Source: Nitrosopumilus sp. (lineage in GTDB: Archaea > Thermoproteota > Nitrososphaeria > Nitrososphaerales > Nitrosopumilaceae). Taken from it: a stretch of 64,000 bases of DNA. Shown in pieces: positions 20,282-28,956 of the stretch. Where the stretch lies: assembly GCA_965223425.1 (NCBI GenBank), contig OZ245003.1, positions 2,176,001 through 2,240,000 of the forward strand. Reading direction: 5' to 3'. The translations under genes and the position numbers were made by a program. Numbering within the stretch: position 1 is the first letter of the stretch; each line of letters opens with the position of its first letter. The notes under the pieces are model-generated. The model made no database searches. It was not told the origin of the DNA and worked only from the letters and a program-made list of their open reading frames with translations.

Positions 20282-20500
20282 CTGTCAGACTCTCCTGTCC
20301 TCTCCTTCTCCCAATACCATTACTGCTGCTAATCCTTCCTCCACCCCCCCCCCCCCCCGATGTCAGGCAACATTGTGGCAGGGAAGGCAAGATTACTGCA
20401 GGAATGACAGAGGCGCAATACGGCTAGCGACGGCTTCTTGAAAGCAGATAACTGAAAGGTGTGACTCAACAACTTGATGCTTTTGTTTTGATATTTATGT
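20282..20500 (-). promoter_or_regulatory. Conserved long 5' leader of giant gene 1 with G15 tract; TATA-like box near 20492-20499
   Basis: Near-identical to 51763..51975; C15 on + strand at 20344-20358; GGAGAG SD-like motif before the TTG start. Confidence 0.7.
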
Positions 20501-20515
20501 ATTTTTTTCAGATTC

Positions 20516-20655
20516 CAGTCTTCCCAGAAGTACTTCGTAGAGATTACCAAGAGGAGAAACTTTCTACTACAAAGAATCACACGCACCCAGAATCTGTAGA
20601 ATCACGGATTACTGGTTATAGTTCAGAGGAAAACTTGGTACTTCTGGGAAGACTG
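20516..20655. mobile_element. 140-bp MITE-like unit A with ISH3-type ends
   Basis: 18-bp perfect IR CAGTCTTCCCAGAAGTAC, similar to the IR of the ISH3 at 12234. Confidence 0.75.
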
Positions 20656-20660
20656 AACCC

Positions 20661-20756
20661 CAGTTAAGCGAAATGCCTCAAATCTGAGATCAGATCAGCG
20701 GTTTGGTTCTGCACATGAGAGTGGTTTCCTTAATCAGGGTACATTTCGCTTAGCTG
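20661..20756. mobile_element. 96-bp MITE-like unit B with ISH3-type ends
   Basis: IR CAGTTAAGCGAAATG / CATTTCGCTTAGCTG (14 of 15 match). Confidence 0.65.
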
Positions 20757-20765
20757 ACTTGCAGC

Positions 20766-20856
20766 GTATGAGGTCACCTGTTCCCCTATCCAAGCACGAG
20801 TTTGTATCATCAGAAACATTTCCACGCCTGACTTCAGGGGGCAGGTGACCTCATAC
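20766..20856. mobile_element. 91-bp MITE-like unit C forming the right end of the cargo transposon
   Basis: 15-bp perfect IR GTATGAGGTCACCTG / CAGGTGACCTCATAC. Confidence 0.75.
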
Positions 20857-20863
20857 AAAGTAA

Positions 20864-21493
20864 ATGGTAATAAAACAAAAAAGAATAGAATATGTGTTGA
20901 AAGTAAGTTGTAACGAAAAAGGAATTGAAAAAGCATTTCAAATTATTGATCAGGGGGGAATTGCAGTTTTTCCAACAGATACGGTGTATGGAATAGGATG
21001 TAACCCATACAACAAAGATTCAATAAAAAAAATTTACGAAATTAAATCCAGAGATATATCAAAACCATTACCAGTTTTAGCATATTCAAAAGAGGTTGCA
21101 GAACAAATTGTCTTTTTTGATGAATTTTCTAAAAAAATTGTAGAAAAATTTTGGCCTGGATCATTGACAATTATTTTGAAACTAAAAGATCAAAATTTAA
21201 AAGAATCATTAAATTTAATTGATAAAATTGCTATAAGAGTTCCCAACCATGACTGTACATTAGAATTATTGAAAAAGTGTAATTTTCTGGTAGGTACTAG
21301 TGCAAATATTTCAGGACAGCCACCATTTACAGATCCTGATGAGTGTTCGAATAATCTTCAAAAATATGATATTCTGGTAGATGGTGGCATAATCGAAAGT
21401 AAAACAGAATCAACAATAATTGAAATAGAAAATGACGAAATCAAAATCATTCGAGAAGGTTCATTGAGTAGAGAAGAAATCTTAGAAAAATGA
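20864..21493 (+). CDS. sua5: L-threonylcarbamoyladenylate synthase (Sua5/TsaC); true start probably ~20894-20897
   Basis: FPTDTVYGIGC, IYEIKSR, FWPGSLT and TSANISG motifs. Confidence 0.93.
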   Translation: MVIKQKRIEYVLKVSCNEKGIEKAFQIIDQGGIAVFPTDTVYGIGCNPYNKDSIKKIYEIKSRDISKPLPVLAYSKEVAEQIVFFDEFSKKIVEKFWPGSLTIILKLKDQNLKESLNLIDKIAIRVPNHDCTLELLKKCNFLVGTSANISGQPPFTDPDECSNNLQKYDILVDGGIIESKTESTIIEIENDEIKIIREGSLSREEILEK

Positions 21494-22011
21494 ATTTAAT
21501 CATCACTTGTGCCAGACATCTTGAACCTGAAACTGAAGAAGAAATAAAAGCAATTCTAGAAAAATTTGGAGATTCTGATGCAATAATTTCAATTACAAAA
21601 ATGTCGGGGATTTTAACTGCTGAAACAAAGCTTGAGCCAATAAAAGTTGTAAGAGAAATTAAAGAGACGCTACTTGATGAACCCTGGAGTATTAGATACT
21701 GTCTAAGAATAATACCAATTCAAAAAATCATTGAAACAAAAGTTGAAGGGATAGAAAAAGCCGTTATGGACATATCCAAACAAATTTCAGACAAAGAGAC
21801 ATACCGAATATCCATAGAAAAAAGAAATTCAGACTTGTCTAGTCAAGAAATTATTTCAAAAATAGCAAATAAATTAAAAAATAAAGTATCACTTGAATTT
21901 CCTGACAAGATTATCTTAATTGAAATATTAGGCAATAAAACAGGGGTTTCAATATTAAAAAAATCAGATGTGCTAAGTGTTGAAAAGACTAAACGAAGTA
22001 TCTCAGAGTAA
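21490..22011 (+). CDS. THUMP-domain RNA-binding protein
   Basis: RIIPIQ...YRISIEKR...KVSLEFPDKIILIEI pattern. Confidence 0.85.
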   Translation: MNLIITCARHLEPETEEEIKAILEKFGDSDAIISITKMSGILTAETKLEPIKVVREIKETLLDEPWSIRYCLRIIPIQKIIETKVEGIEKAVMDISKQISDKETYRISIEKRNSDLSSQEIISKIANKLKNKVSLEFPDKIILIEILGNKTGVSILKKSDVLSVEKTKRSISE

Positions 22012-22776
22012 AATTGTAGCTTTTTCTATCAAAATATCTTCCAATGGATGGTTTGAATAAATTGAATCAAGTTGTTTTTTTCTAATTTTAAAATATTTTT
22101 TAAGAAACAAATCATTATTTTTTGAGAATAAATTTACAGATTTAGGTAACAATTCCTCGTATAATGAATTTAGTGATTTTTTGTTTCCAACTGCAACTAA
22201 AATAAAATTAGTTTTTGGTTTAATTCCAGCATTTTTTATTGCATCAGAAATTTGCTGTGTTAATGCAAAACGCATCAAAATGTCAGTTTCAAGCTTGTTA
22301 GAAAGTAAAACCTGGTTTTTTTCGGATTCTAATGATAATGATAGGATTTTTTTTAAATGATAGTTATTTAAGATAAAATTACTCGATATTGCCTGAAGTT
22401 TGATTTTTGGGTATTTTTTTCTTAAATCATCAAGAAATTTTATATCGATTGTTTTTTGGCCTGTAATCTCAAGTGCTTGGATTTGTTTTTTCAGTACCTG
22501 CATAGTCAGTTTTTTAGCAGACCCGCCATGAATTACAGGAATAATACTTACTAGATCATTGTTTTTTATCTTAGTGGACTTTCCTTCCATAGCAGAAGAA
22601 TCTACTCCATTGATTGCAATCAATAGGTTTTCTACATCCAGTTTAGGAGTATCGACGGGTTTTATTTTTAATAATAAATCAAACAGATCTTGAATTGATA
22701 TATCAGACTGGTCAATTTCTAATTGTTCTGTTGAAAAAGATTTTTTTGCACCGCCAACGAGTTTTACAGTAATCAT
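22003..22776 (-). CDS. cgi121: Ubiquitin-like (MoaD/ThiS/Urm1) - KEOPS Cgi121 fusion
   Basis: MITVKLVGG...IIPVIHGG beta-grasp domain followed by LETDILMRFALTQQISDAIKNAG. Confidence 0.8.
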   Translation of the reverse strand: MITVKLVGGAKKSFSTEQLEIDQSDISIQDLFDLLLKIKPVDTPKLDVENLLIAINGVDSSAMEGKSTKIKNNDLVSIIPVIHGGSAKKLTMQVLKKQIQALEITGQKTIDIKFLDDLRKKYPKIKLQAISSNFILNNYHLKKILSLSLESEKNQVLLSNKLETDILMRFALTQQISDAIKNAGIKPKTNFILVAVGNKKSLNSLYEELLPKSVNLFSKNNDLFLKKYFKIRKKQLDSIYSNHPLEDILIEKATILL

Positions 22777-22817
22777 GATAATCTAATTTAAGAGTTAGAA
22801 AATTAATATTTTACCAA

Positions 22818-23420
22818 TTATTCAGTTTTTTCTTCTGTAGCTTCGGTTGCTTTGTCTTCAGTGGTTTCTACAACTTCGGCAGTAGTTTCTTCAGAAGGGG
22901 TGACAGATTCAGGAGTTTCTACAACTTCGGCAGTAGTTTCTTCAGAAGGGGTGACAGATTCAGGAGTTTCTACAACTTCGGCAGTAGTTTCTTCAGAAGG
23001 TGTGACAGATTCGGTGGTATCTACAACTTCGGCAGTAGTTTCTTCAGAAGGTGTGACAGATTCGGTGGTATCTACAACTTCGGCAGTAGTTTCTTCAGAA
23101 GGTGTGACAGATTCGGTGGTATCTACAACTTCGGCAGTAGTTTCTTCAGAAGGTGTGACAGATTCGGCGGCATCTACTTGAACTTCTTGTTCCGCTAATT
23201 CCTCAGATTGTAGTGATTCTATTTGTGCCTGTTTAGCTTTTTCATCACGAACTTCTTTTTTGATAAATTTAGTGATATATCCTGCCACCTCATTTTTTAG
23301 ACCTTTAGAACGTATGATAGAAATTTGATCCAAGACTTTTTTGTTATCGGCAAAATCTTCACCAAATTTAGACTTGTGTACATCTAGAACCTCATATGAG
23401 AGACGTTTTATTCTATCCAC
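22818..23420 (-). CDS. rps17e: 30S ribosomal protein S17e with acidic repeat tail
   Basis: FGEDFADNKK...SKGLKNEVAGYIT motif. Confidence 0.9.
   Translation of the reverse strand: MDRIKRLSYEVLDVHKSKFGEDFADNKKVLDQISIIRSKGLKNEVAGYITKFIKKEVRDEKAKQAQIESLQSEELAEQEVQVDAAESVTPSEETTAEVVDTTESVTPSEETTAEVVDTTESVTPSEETTAEVVDTTESVTPSEETTAEVVETPESVTPSEETTAEVVETPESVTPSEETTAEVVETTEDKATEATEEKTE
22861..23166 (-). repeat. 6 x 51-bp tandem repeat encoding ESVTPSEETTAEVV(D/E)T(T/P)
   Basis: Directly visible in DNA and protein. Confidence 0.95.
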
Positions 23421-23452
23421 TGTTCGCTTAAAGAATGGGGGGTATTTTATAC

Positions 23453-24208
23453 CTATATTCCAAGAAATGAATTCGAATTATTTTCTAATAGTACTCCCAT
23501 TTCATCAAATGTTTTTCCTAGAATTTTTGAAGCACTAAAAACCACACTAGGGATAAAGCTGATTTGTCCAGATTTCATTTCAAAGCATCTAGAAAATCTA
23601 ACAGGTCCATCAGTCTCTACAAGAATTTTTGACTCGTCTGTTTTGGATAACAAGACTTGCTTATCATTTGCATAAACCATTACAGGTCCATATGATACAA
23701 AAAATCCCATGTCCATGGCTTTTTGAAGTTGTTTTTTACTACCATCAAACCAATGAAGTAAAGCATGTTTAGTATTATACGAAGTCATTATTTGAAAAAC
23801 ATCGTCAACACTTTTTCTTGAATGAATAGATACTGGTTTGTCAAATTTTTCAGCTAGTGACAATAATGTTTCAAATACACGGATTTGTGTTTTAGAATCT
23901 TCATCAGTATTAACAAAGGTTGGATCCAATCCTATTTCTCCTATTCCAGAAAGATTTTGGCGATTCTCTTCAATCATAACTGTCATTTGCTCAAGGTTGT
24001 CACTTGCACATTCAGGATGAATACCAATAAATGGTAAAATTAGATCACTTTGTTTTGCCAGTTTTAAAGTTTGTAAAGAATTTTCATTATCCATTGAAAC
24101 ACAACATGCTTTAATTTTCAGATACTCCATTCCTTGTAAGATAAATTTCATATCAGAGGAATATGCAGGATCAGACAAGTGTATATGGGAATCAAAAAAC
24201 CACGTCAT
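23453..24208 (-). CDS. tatD: TatD-family DNase/hydrolase
   Basis: DSHIHL, GIHPE, GEIGLD, SIHSR and LVETDGP motifs; start set at MTWFF. Confidence 0.92.
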   Translation of the reverse strand: MTWFFDSHIHLSDPAYSSDMKFILQGMEYLKIKACCVSMDNENSLQTLKLAKQSDLILPFIGIHPECASDNLEQMTVMIEENRQNLSGIGEIGLDPTFVNTDEDSKTQIRVFETLLSLAEKFDKPVSIHSRKSVDDVFQIMTSYNTKHALLHWFDGSKKQLQKAMDMGFFVSYGPVMVYANDKQVLLSKTDESKILVETDGPVRFSRCFEMKSGQISFIPSVVFSASKILGKTFDEMGVLLENNSNSFLGI

Positions 24209-24289
24209 TTCTTTATCAATTCTTGAAATAGTCTGTATAAATCGATCCCTTAGTGATATTTTTTCACTCATTATCTTTTTTCGGGAAAA

Positions 24290-24526
24290 ATGAAAATGAA
24301 ATTCATGAAGTCATCAGAATTAGGATTATCTGCAATGTACAGAATTTTGAAAAAAGCAGGGGCTGAGAGAGTGAGCGACGAATCAGCAGATGAATTAAGA
24401 AGAGTTATTGAGGAACTTGCAAATAGCATTGCTAAAAGTGCAGTAGATATGACATCTCATGCAGGTAGAAAAACTGTAAAAGGAGAAGATGTAAAGTTGG
24501 CATCAAAACCATTTAACAAATTCTAA
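24290..24526 (+). CDS. Archaeal histone
   Basis: RILKKAGAERVS...HAGRKTVKGEDVKLA histone fold. Confidence 0.93.
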   Translation: MKMKFMKSSELGLSAMYRILKKAGAERVSDESADELRRVIEELANSIAKSAVDMTSHAGRKTVKGEDVKLASKPFNKF

Positions 24527-24565
24527 TCTAAAGGGTTTAATTATTCACTTTGCGTTTTTCAGAAC

Positions 24566-24637
24566 GGTACTCTGGCAGAACGGTTATGCGTGGGCCTGCA
24601 AAGCCTATACAAGGGGGTTCGACTCCCTCGGGTACCT
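24566..24637 (+). tRNA. tRNA-Cys(GCA)
   Basis: Acceptor GGTACTC/GGGTACC, anticodon loop CTGCAAA, GGTTCGA T-loop. Confidence 0.93.
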
Positions 24638-25011
24638 TACTCAACAATAACTTGTCCTTGCATCCAAGGATGAAGGGTACAAAAATAATCAAAAATTCCT
24701 GCTTCATCAAAAGTCAGAGTATAGGATTCAAACGGATCCAAAAATCCGCTATCAAAAAGTTCAGTAGGTGAATCATAAAAACCAGAAGTCACACTATGAA
24801 AAGCTGAGTCTTCATTAGTCCATGTTACCTGTTTTCCTTTTTCAACAACAATTTTTGACGGAACATAACATCTATCTTCTTCTTCACATCCTGGACGAGA
24901 AACTTTTGTGGGCATGACAATATCACTTTGAATAATTAAATCTAGCTCCTCAATATTTTCTTCCTCAGAACTATTTGAAAATGCTAACCCAATAACCACT
25001 AAAATCGTCAA
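24637..25011 (-). CDS. Cupredoxin/plastocyanin-like blue copper protein (start uncertain)
   Basis: WTNEDSAFHSVTSG and YFCTLHPWM type-1 copper ligands. Confidence 0.9.
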   Translation of the reverse strand: MTILVVIGLAFSNSSEEENIEELDLIIQSDIVMPTKVSRPGCEEEDRCYVPSKIVVEKGKQVTWTNEDSAFHSVTSGFYDSPTELFDSGFLDPFESYTLTFDEAGIFDYFCTLHPWMQGQVIVE

Positions 25012-25122
25012 TGTAGTTACGCCTATTCCAATTATTTTTTTAAACAGATCACATCACATCCAAAACTGAGTTATTACATAATTACCAAATTCTCTAAATA
25101 TATAACATATTAGAAAAATAAA

Positions 25123-26874
25123 TTGTCACAAAATGGAAATGGATTATTAGAGTACATACCAGGTTCACACGCATTATTAGTACAAAAAAATTCTAGTCTT
25201 CCTCTAGAAGGATTTGCAGAAAATATTCGAGGAAGCATTAAAGAATATTCTGAAAATGCTAAAAATGAAGTTGAAAAAGGAAATAATTTTCTTCAATGGG
25301 TATTAACTAGAGTTTTTGAGGCCACAGAAGATGATGCAGCAGATGCAATAGTTGATGGTGCAAACGATCTTGGAATTGATGCATATCTTCCAGTAGATTT
25401 TTCAGAGAATACAATTAGATTATTCCAGTCAAAATATGCTACATCACATTCACTAGAAGCAATTGCTAAATTCAAGGAAGATGCAAAAAGATTACTTACA
25501 AAAGATGTTACAAAAATGAGACCAGAGTTGGCCCAACTTGTAACAAAAATTAAAGAAAAAAATCTTAAGATAAAATGCTGTTATGTTACAGATCAGAAAG
25601 TAGAATATCAGGATGAATTGGTTGAAGTCATAGATGGCGAAAAAATAATTCAAAGATTATGGGACAGAATTAAAAAACCTGCAGCAGGTAAAAAATCATC
25701 AATCAAACTAGAGAGAATGCTTAAACATGAAAATACCATACTAGGGATTTTGAAATTACGTGAACTAACTGAATTTGTAAGTAAGAACAGGGATTACGTT
25801 TTTGAATCAAATATCAGACAATGGATGCAATTCAAAACAACAGTCAACAAAGGATTACGTGAGACGCTTCAGGGAAATCCAGGTAAATTCTTCTATTATA
25901 ACAATGGAATTACGATTGTTGTTAGTGATTTTGAAGAATTAGGAGAGAATTTGATTGAATTATGTGCTCCACAAATTGTTAACGGTGCACAAACATCGAA
26001 TTCCATTCTTGATCATTCAAAGAGAACAAAAAACATGGAGGGCTCTATGACAGTTACAATAATCAAAGCAGACGGCGAGCAAGAGCAAAATAACATCACA
26101 AAGTATAGGAATTCTCAAAATTCAGTAAGAGGAAAAGATCTGGTTTCATTAATGGATTTTCATAAATCAATCAAATCACAGTTAAAAAATTGTGGCTATT
26201 TTTATGAAATTCAGGCAGGATCTTTTGACACTAAAACAAAATCAAAACAATGCGAATACGAAGGGGATGCAACATACAACAGTTATCTTCCAGATAACCA
26301 CAAAAAAGTTATCGTTGCTAAAGACGCAATACAATCTTTAGTTGCAGGAATCGAACAAAGGCCAACTGAGGCATATAGTTCACCAGCTCAGTTTCTTCCA
26401 AGAGGAAGTAAATATGATGATATTTTCAATGACAATCTAAAAGATGATTATAGAATCTTGCTATACCCGTATCTTGTTAAGGAATTTGCCAAAAAATCAT
26501 TAAAGTATGGAAAACAAGGCGGTCATAAAACAAAAAGATATGCAACATTATTTTTTGTAGCAGTTTATTTTAGAATATTACACAAAAAAATTCTTGAATC
26601 AAAGGGGGATTTCAAGAGAGATATAAGAAAAATAGAACCCATCTTTCGCAGCTTCAAACTCAATTCCAGAATTTTAAAACTCACAGACGTAATAGTAACA
26701 AAATTTCTTGAAGATACAGTAGTTGATGATGAAATTGAATTAGCAAATACTAAACATAATTTCTTTTCTCAACATGTTTGGAATGATATGATGCTTCGCG
26801 TAATTGATAAGAAAGTCAGACAGGAAGAAGAAGAGATTCTAGCACTGAAAAAACTAACAAGTAATTTATTTTAA
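25123..26874 (+). CDS. AIPR-family protein
   Basis: DLGIDA...FQSKY N-domain; FESNIR, FFYYNNGITIV, QIVNGAQT and NSQNSV motifs. Confidence 0.9.
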   Translation: MSQNGNGLLEYIPGSHALLVQKNSSLPLEGFAENIRGSIKEYSENAKNEVEKGNNFLQWVLTRVFEATEDDAADAIVDGANDLGIDAYLPVDFSENTIRLFQSKYATSHSLEAIAKFKEDAKRLLTKDVTKMRPELAQLVTKIKEKNLKIKCCYVTDQKVEYQDELVEVIDGEKIIQRLWDRIKKPAAGKKSSIKLERMLKHENTILGILKLRELTEFVSKNRDYVFESNIRQWMQFKTTVNKGLRETLQGNPGKFFYYNNGITIVVSDFEELGENLIELCAPQIVNGAQTSNSILDHSKRTKNMEGSMTVTIIKADGEQEQNNITKYRNSQNSVRGKDLVSLMDFHKSIKSQLKNCGYFYEIQAGSFDTKTKSKQCEYEGDATYNSYLPDNHKKVIVAKDAIQSLVAGIEQRPTEAYSSPAQFLPRGSKYDDIFNDNLKDDYRILLYPYLVKEFAKKSLKYGKQGGHKTKRYATLFFVAVYFRILHKKILESKGDFKRDIRKIEPIFRSFKLNSRILKLTDVIVTKFLEDTVVDDEIELANTKHNFFSQHVWNDMMLRVIDKKVRQEEEEILALKKLTSNLF

Positions 26875-26881
26875 ATTCAAA

Positions 26882-26943
26882 AGGTAGTAGCCCAACCAAG
26901 TAAAAATCTTGCAGGAGGTTTACATTGGTCAGACTGCCTACCT
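26882..26943 (-). ncRNA. Candidate ~62-nt hairpin small RNA
   Basis: Long stem with G-U pairs on the minus strand, followed by a U-tract; TTAAATA box ~25 nt upstream. Confidence 0.45.
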
Positions 26944-27037
26944 AAATTCAATGCAAGCAAGGCATATTTAACATAATTTTTTGGATATGATTTGTTCCAG
27001 AATGTTTTTTATATTGATTAAAAAGAGCAGAGATACC

Positions 27038-27205
27038 TTGAAGGTAAAAGAGAAATGTGCAGTTTGTAGTGAAAAAATTGGGCTTCGTTATAATCCGATG
27101 GAGAAATGGGGGATAGAAGGCCCAATATGTGGAAAATGCTATTCAAGAAAAGTCAGCGAGCATTATCCAGGAGAGCACGTAAGAGTAAACAAACATTTGG
27201 ACTAG
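27038..27205 (+). CDS. Small zinc-binding protein
   Basis: CAVC...CGKC; TTG start inferred. Confidence 0.65.
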   Translation: MKVKEKCAVCSEKIGLRYNPMEKWGIEGPICGKCYSRKVSEHYPGEHVRVNKHLD

Positions 27206-27792
27206 TTTTGTTTTAATTTAGAATATTGATTAACATTAAGACAGTTCCATGCAAGCGGATCATCTTTTACGTCTTTTTCCTCTAAAAATTTAATATCAGT
27301 AATTGTTTTTTTTCTTTTCAGCAAGTTTACCTGAAAACTAGTAAATTTTTTACAGTCACATTTGTTGTAGAGACACATATCACAATCTCCCTCATCATGG
27401 TCTACAGCCTCATGACCACAATTACATATAGCATTTTTTTTAACCTCATCAAGTGATTTTTTTGTATATACTCCTAGTCTAAGATACGCTTCTCCGCCGT
27501 GACCTTTCTTGAATCGTTCATAGTTTTCAGATTTTTGTAATACTTTGAAAAAAGATAGATTGGTGTCAGGTCTTTGGGAATCAGAACCCATGACAAACCA
27601 GTACTTGTCACCAGTCTCTACAAATCGAATTTTTATTGATGGATCCAACCACCAATGAATAGTATCATGCCAAAGATATGCAGATTCCTTTCTGTCTGTA
27701 ATTAACGGGACAACGTTCATTCTAAGGTCATAGTATCTGTATGCAACGCCCAAAAAGTCATCAAACCATGGTATTGATGATTGAGCAGACAT
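27202..27792 (-). CDS. Conserved hypothetical protein with CxCGH..H...C..C metal motif
   Basis: CNCGHEAVDH...CLYNKCDC. Confidence 0.75.
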   Translation of the reverse strand: MSAQSSIPWFDDFLGVAYRYYDLRMNVVPLITDRKESAYLWHDTIHWWLDPSIKIRFVETGDKYWFVMGSDSQRPDTNLSFFKVLQKSENYERFKKGHGGEAYLRLGVYTKKSLDEVKKNAICNCGHEAVDHDEGDCDMCLYNKCDCKKFTSFQVNLLKRKKTITDIKFLEEKDVKDDPLAWNCLNVNQYSKLKQN

Positions 27793-27875
27793 TACTGAAA
27801 AATCAGACCAGAGCTTATTTATCTGATCTGAATTAATGGTAATACCCTTATATCTGAGTTTTAGAGTGAGTACGT

Positions 27876-28157
27876 ATGGTTTCGTATAGAACTAGCATGC
27901 AGATTGTTGCAGACTTGCTAACTGTCACTGAACAGTCTGGACAAGAAGGAATCAAAACAACATCTCTTCTAACAAAGGCAAATTTATCACATTCAAGATT
28001 ATCAAAATTCCTAGAAAATTTAACCGGTGCGGGCCTCATTAACAAAATTGAGTTTGACGGTAAGAACACCTTTGTAATTACTGCAAAAGGTAGACAGTAC
28101 TTGGATTCTTATATAAAATTTGCAGGCATTGTAGAGTCATTTGGATTAGAACTTTAG
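27876..28157 (+). CDS. Winged-helix transcriptional regulator (DUF4364-like)
   Basis: YRTSMQIV...KANLSHSRL...ITAKGRQYL. Confidence 0.85.
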   Translation: MVSYRTSMQIVADLLTVTEQSGQEGIKTTSLLTKANLSHSRLSKFLENLTGAGLINKIEFDGKNTFVITAKGRQYLDSYIKFAGIVESFGLEL

Positions 28158-28160
28158 AAA

Positions 28161-28373
28161 CTATTTTTTAGATCTTCTTCGAGCATTGGCTTTTTGCCGT
28201 TCCTTTCTTTCTTTGTAAGAGCTGTAAACAACAATAATTGCTATTCCTCCGATTGACCCATAAAATAATTCAAGCCTTGGTTGCTCTCGAAAGTCCCCCG
28301 TGGCCACATCTACAAATGCTATCGGTATACCTACAACCATAAAAATTAAGATTACAGTAAGATATTTGTCCAC
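28161..28373 (-). CDS. Small 2-TM membrane protein
   Basis: Two hydrophobic segments and basic tail. Confidence 0.65.
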   Translation of the reverse strand: MDKYLTVILIFMVVGIPIAFVDVATGDFREQPRLELFYGSIGGIAIIVVYSSYKERKERQKANARRRSKK

Positions 28374-28434
28374 AAACTAGGTGATTTACAAAACCATATA
28401 TCTTTTTGACTTTTATGAACTATAGTAAAAAATT

Positions 28435-28620
28435 ATGGCAAAAATGCTTGAAATATTAGGACTGGGTTTTGTGGCAGTAATGTTTTTAGGTTTTGTGGGA
28501 TTTCTACAACCAACAGTTGAACCAGGATTATCGCCATTATTTTGGGGATGTGCAGGTGCCACTTTAATGATAATAGTGTATAGAAAAATGAAAAGAAAAC
28601 AAGAAGCAAAAGAAAACTAG
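28435..28620 (+). CDS. Small 2-TM membrane protein
   Basis: Two hydrophobic segments and basic tail. Confidence 0.6.
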   Translation: MAKMLEILGLGFVAVMFLGFVGFLQPTVEPGLSPLFWGCAGATLMIIVYRKMKRKQEAKEN

Positions 28621-28830
28621 TACTTTAGAATGCACTGCCATATGATCAAACGTAATTCAATCGACAGATCTATAAGGGAGAATTCTACGTAAAGTATGAG
28701 GGGAGTATGACGGGACAAACTAAACAATGGTGGAAAGGTTTAGGGAAGGAATTGGAAACAGATATTGAAACCTTCGATGAATTAAACTCTCAATAATTTC
28801 CCAGATAATTTTGAAAATTTTACAGGATAA

Positions 28831-28904
28831 AGCCTCGGACGGGATCTGAACCCGTGACCTAACGCTTACGAGGCGTTCGCTCTACCAGGCTGAGCTACCA
28901 AGGC
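28831..28904 (-). tRNA. tRNA-Thr(CGT)
   Basis: GCCTTGGTAGCTCAG...AACGC-CTCGTAA-GCGTT...GGTTCAGATCC. Confidence 0.93.
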
Positions 28905-28956
28905 ACGTTTGGATAAATCCATCAGAGTTAATAAAAAGCCTTTCCGAGTGGATTAA

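Larger units (their letters stand above)
9618..20856. mobile_element. Non-autonomous cargo transposon with IS66-like ends carrying a giant surface-protein gene
   Basis: TIR GTATGAGGTCACCT at 9618-9631 and AGGTGACCTCATAC at 20843-20856; 8-bp direct repeat AAAGTAAA at 9610-9617 and 20857-20864. Confidence 0.85.

Noticed and set aside
20516-20856. Integron attC array
   Set aside because: No ORFs between hairpins, no RYYYAAC/GTTRRRY ends and no integrase; ends resemble IS IRs
22861-23166. Possible CRISPR array
   Set aside because: Contiguous in-frame coding repeats without unique spacers, and no cas genes in the window
25123-26874. AIPR as part of a defence island
   Set aside because: Host-like composition and no neighbouring restriction-modification or other defence genes
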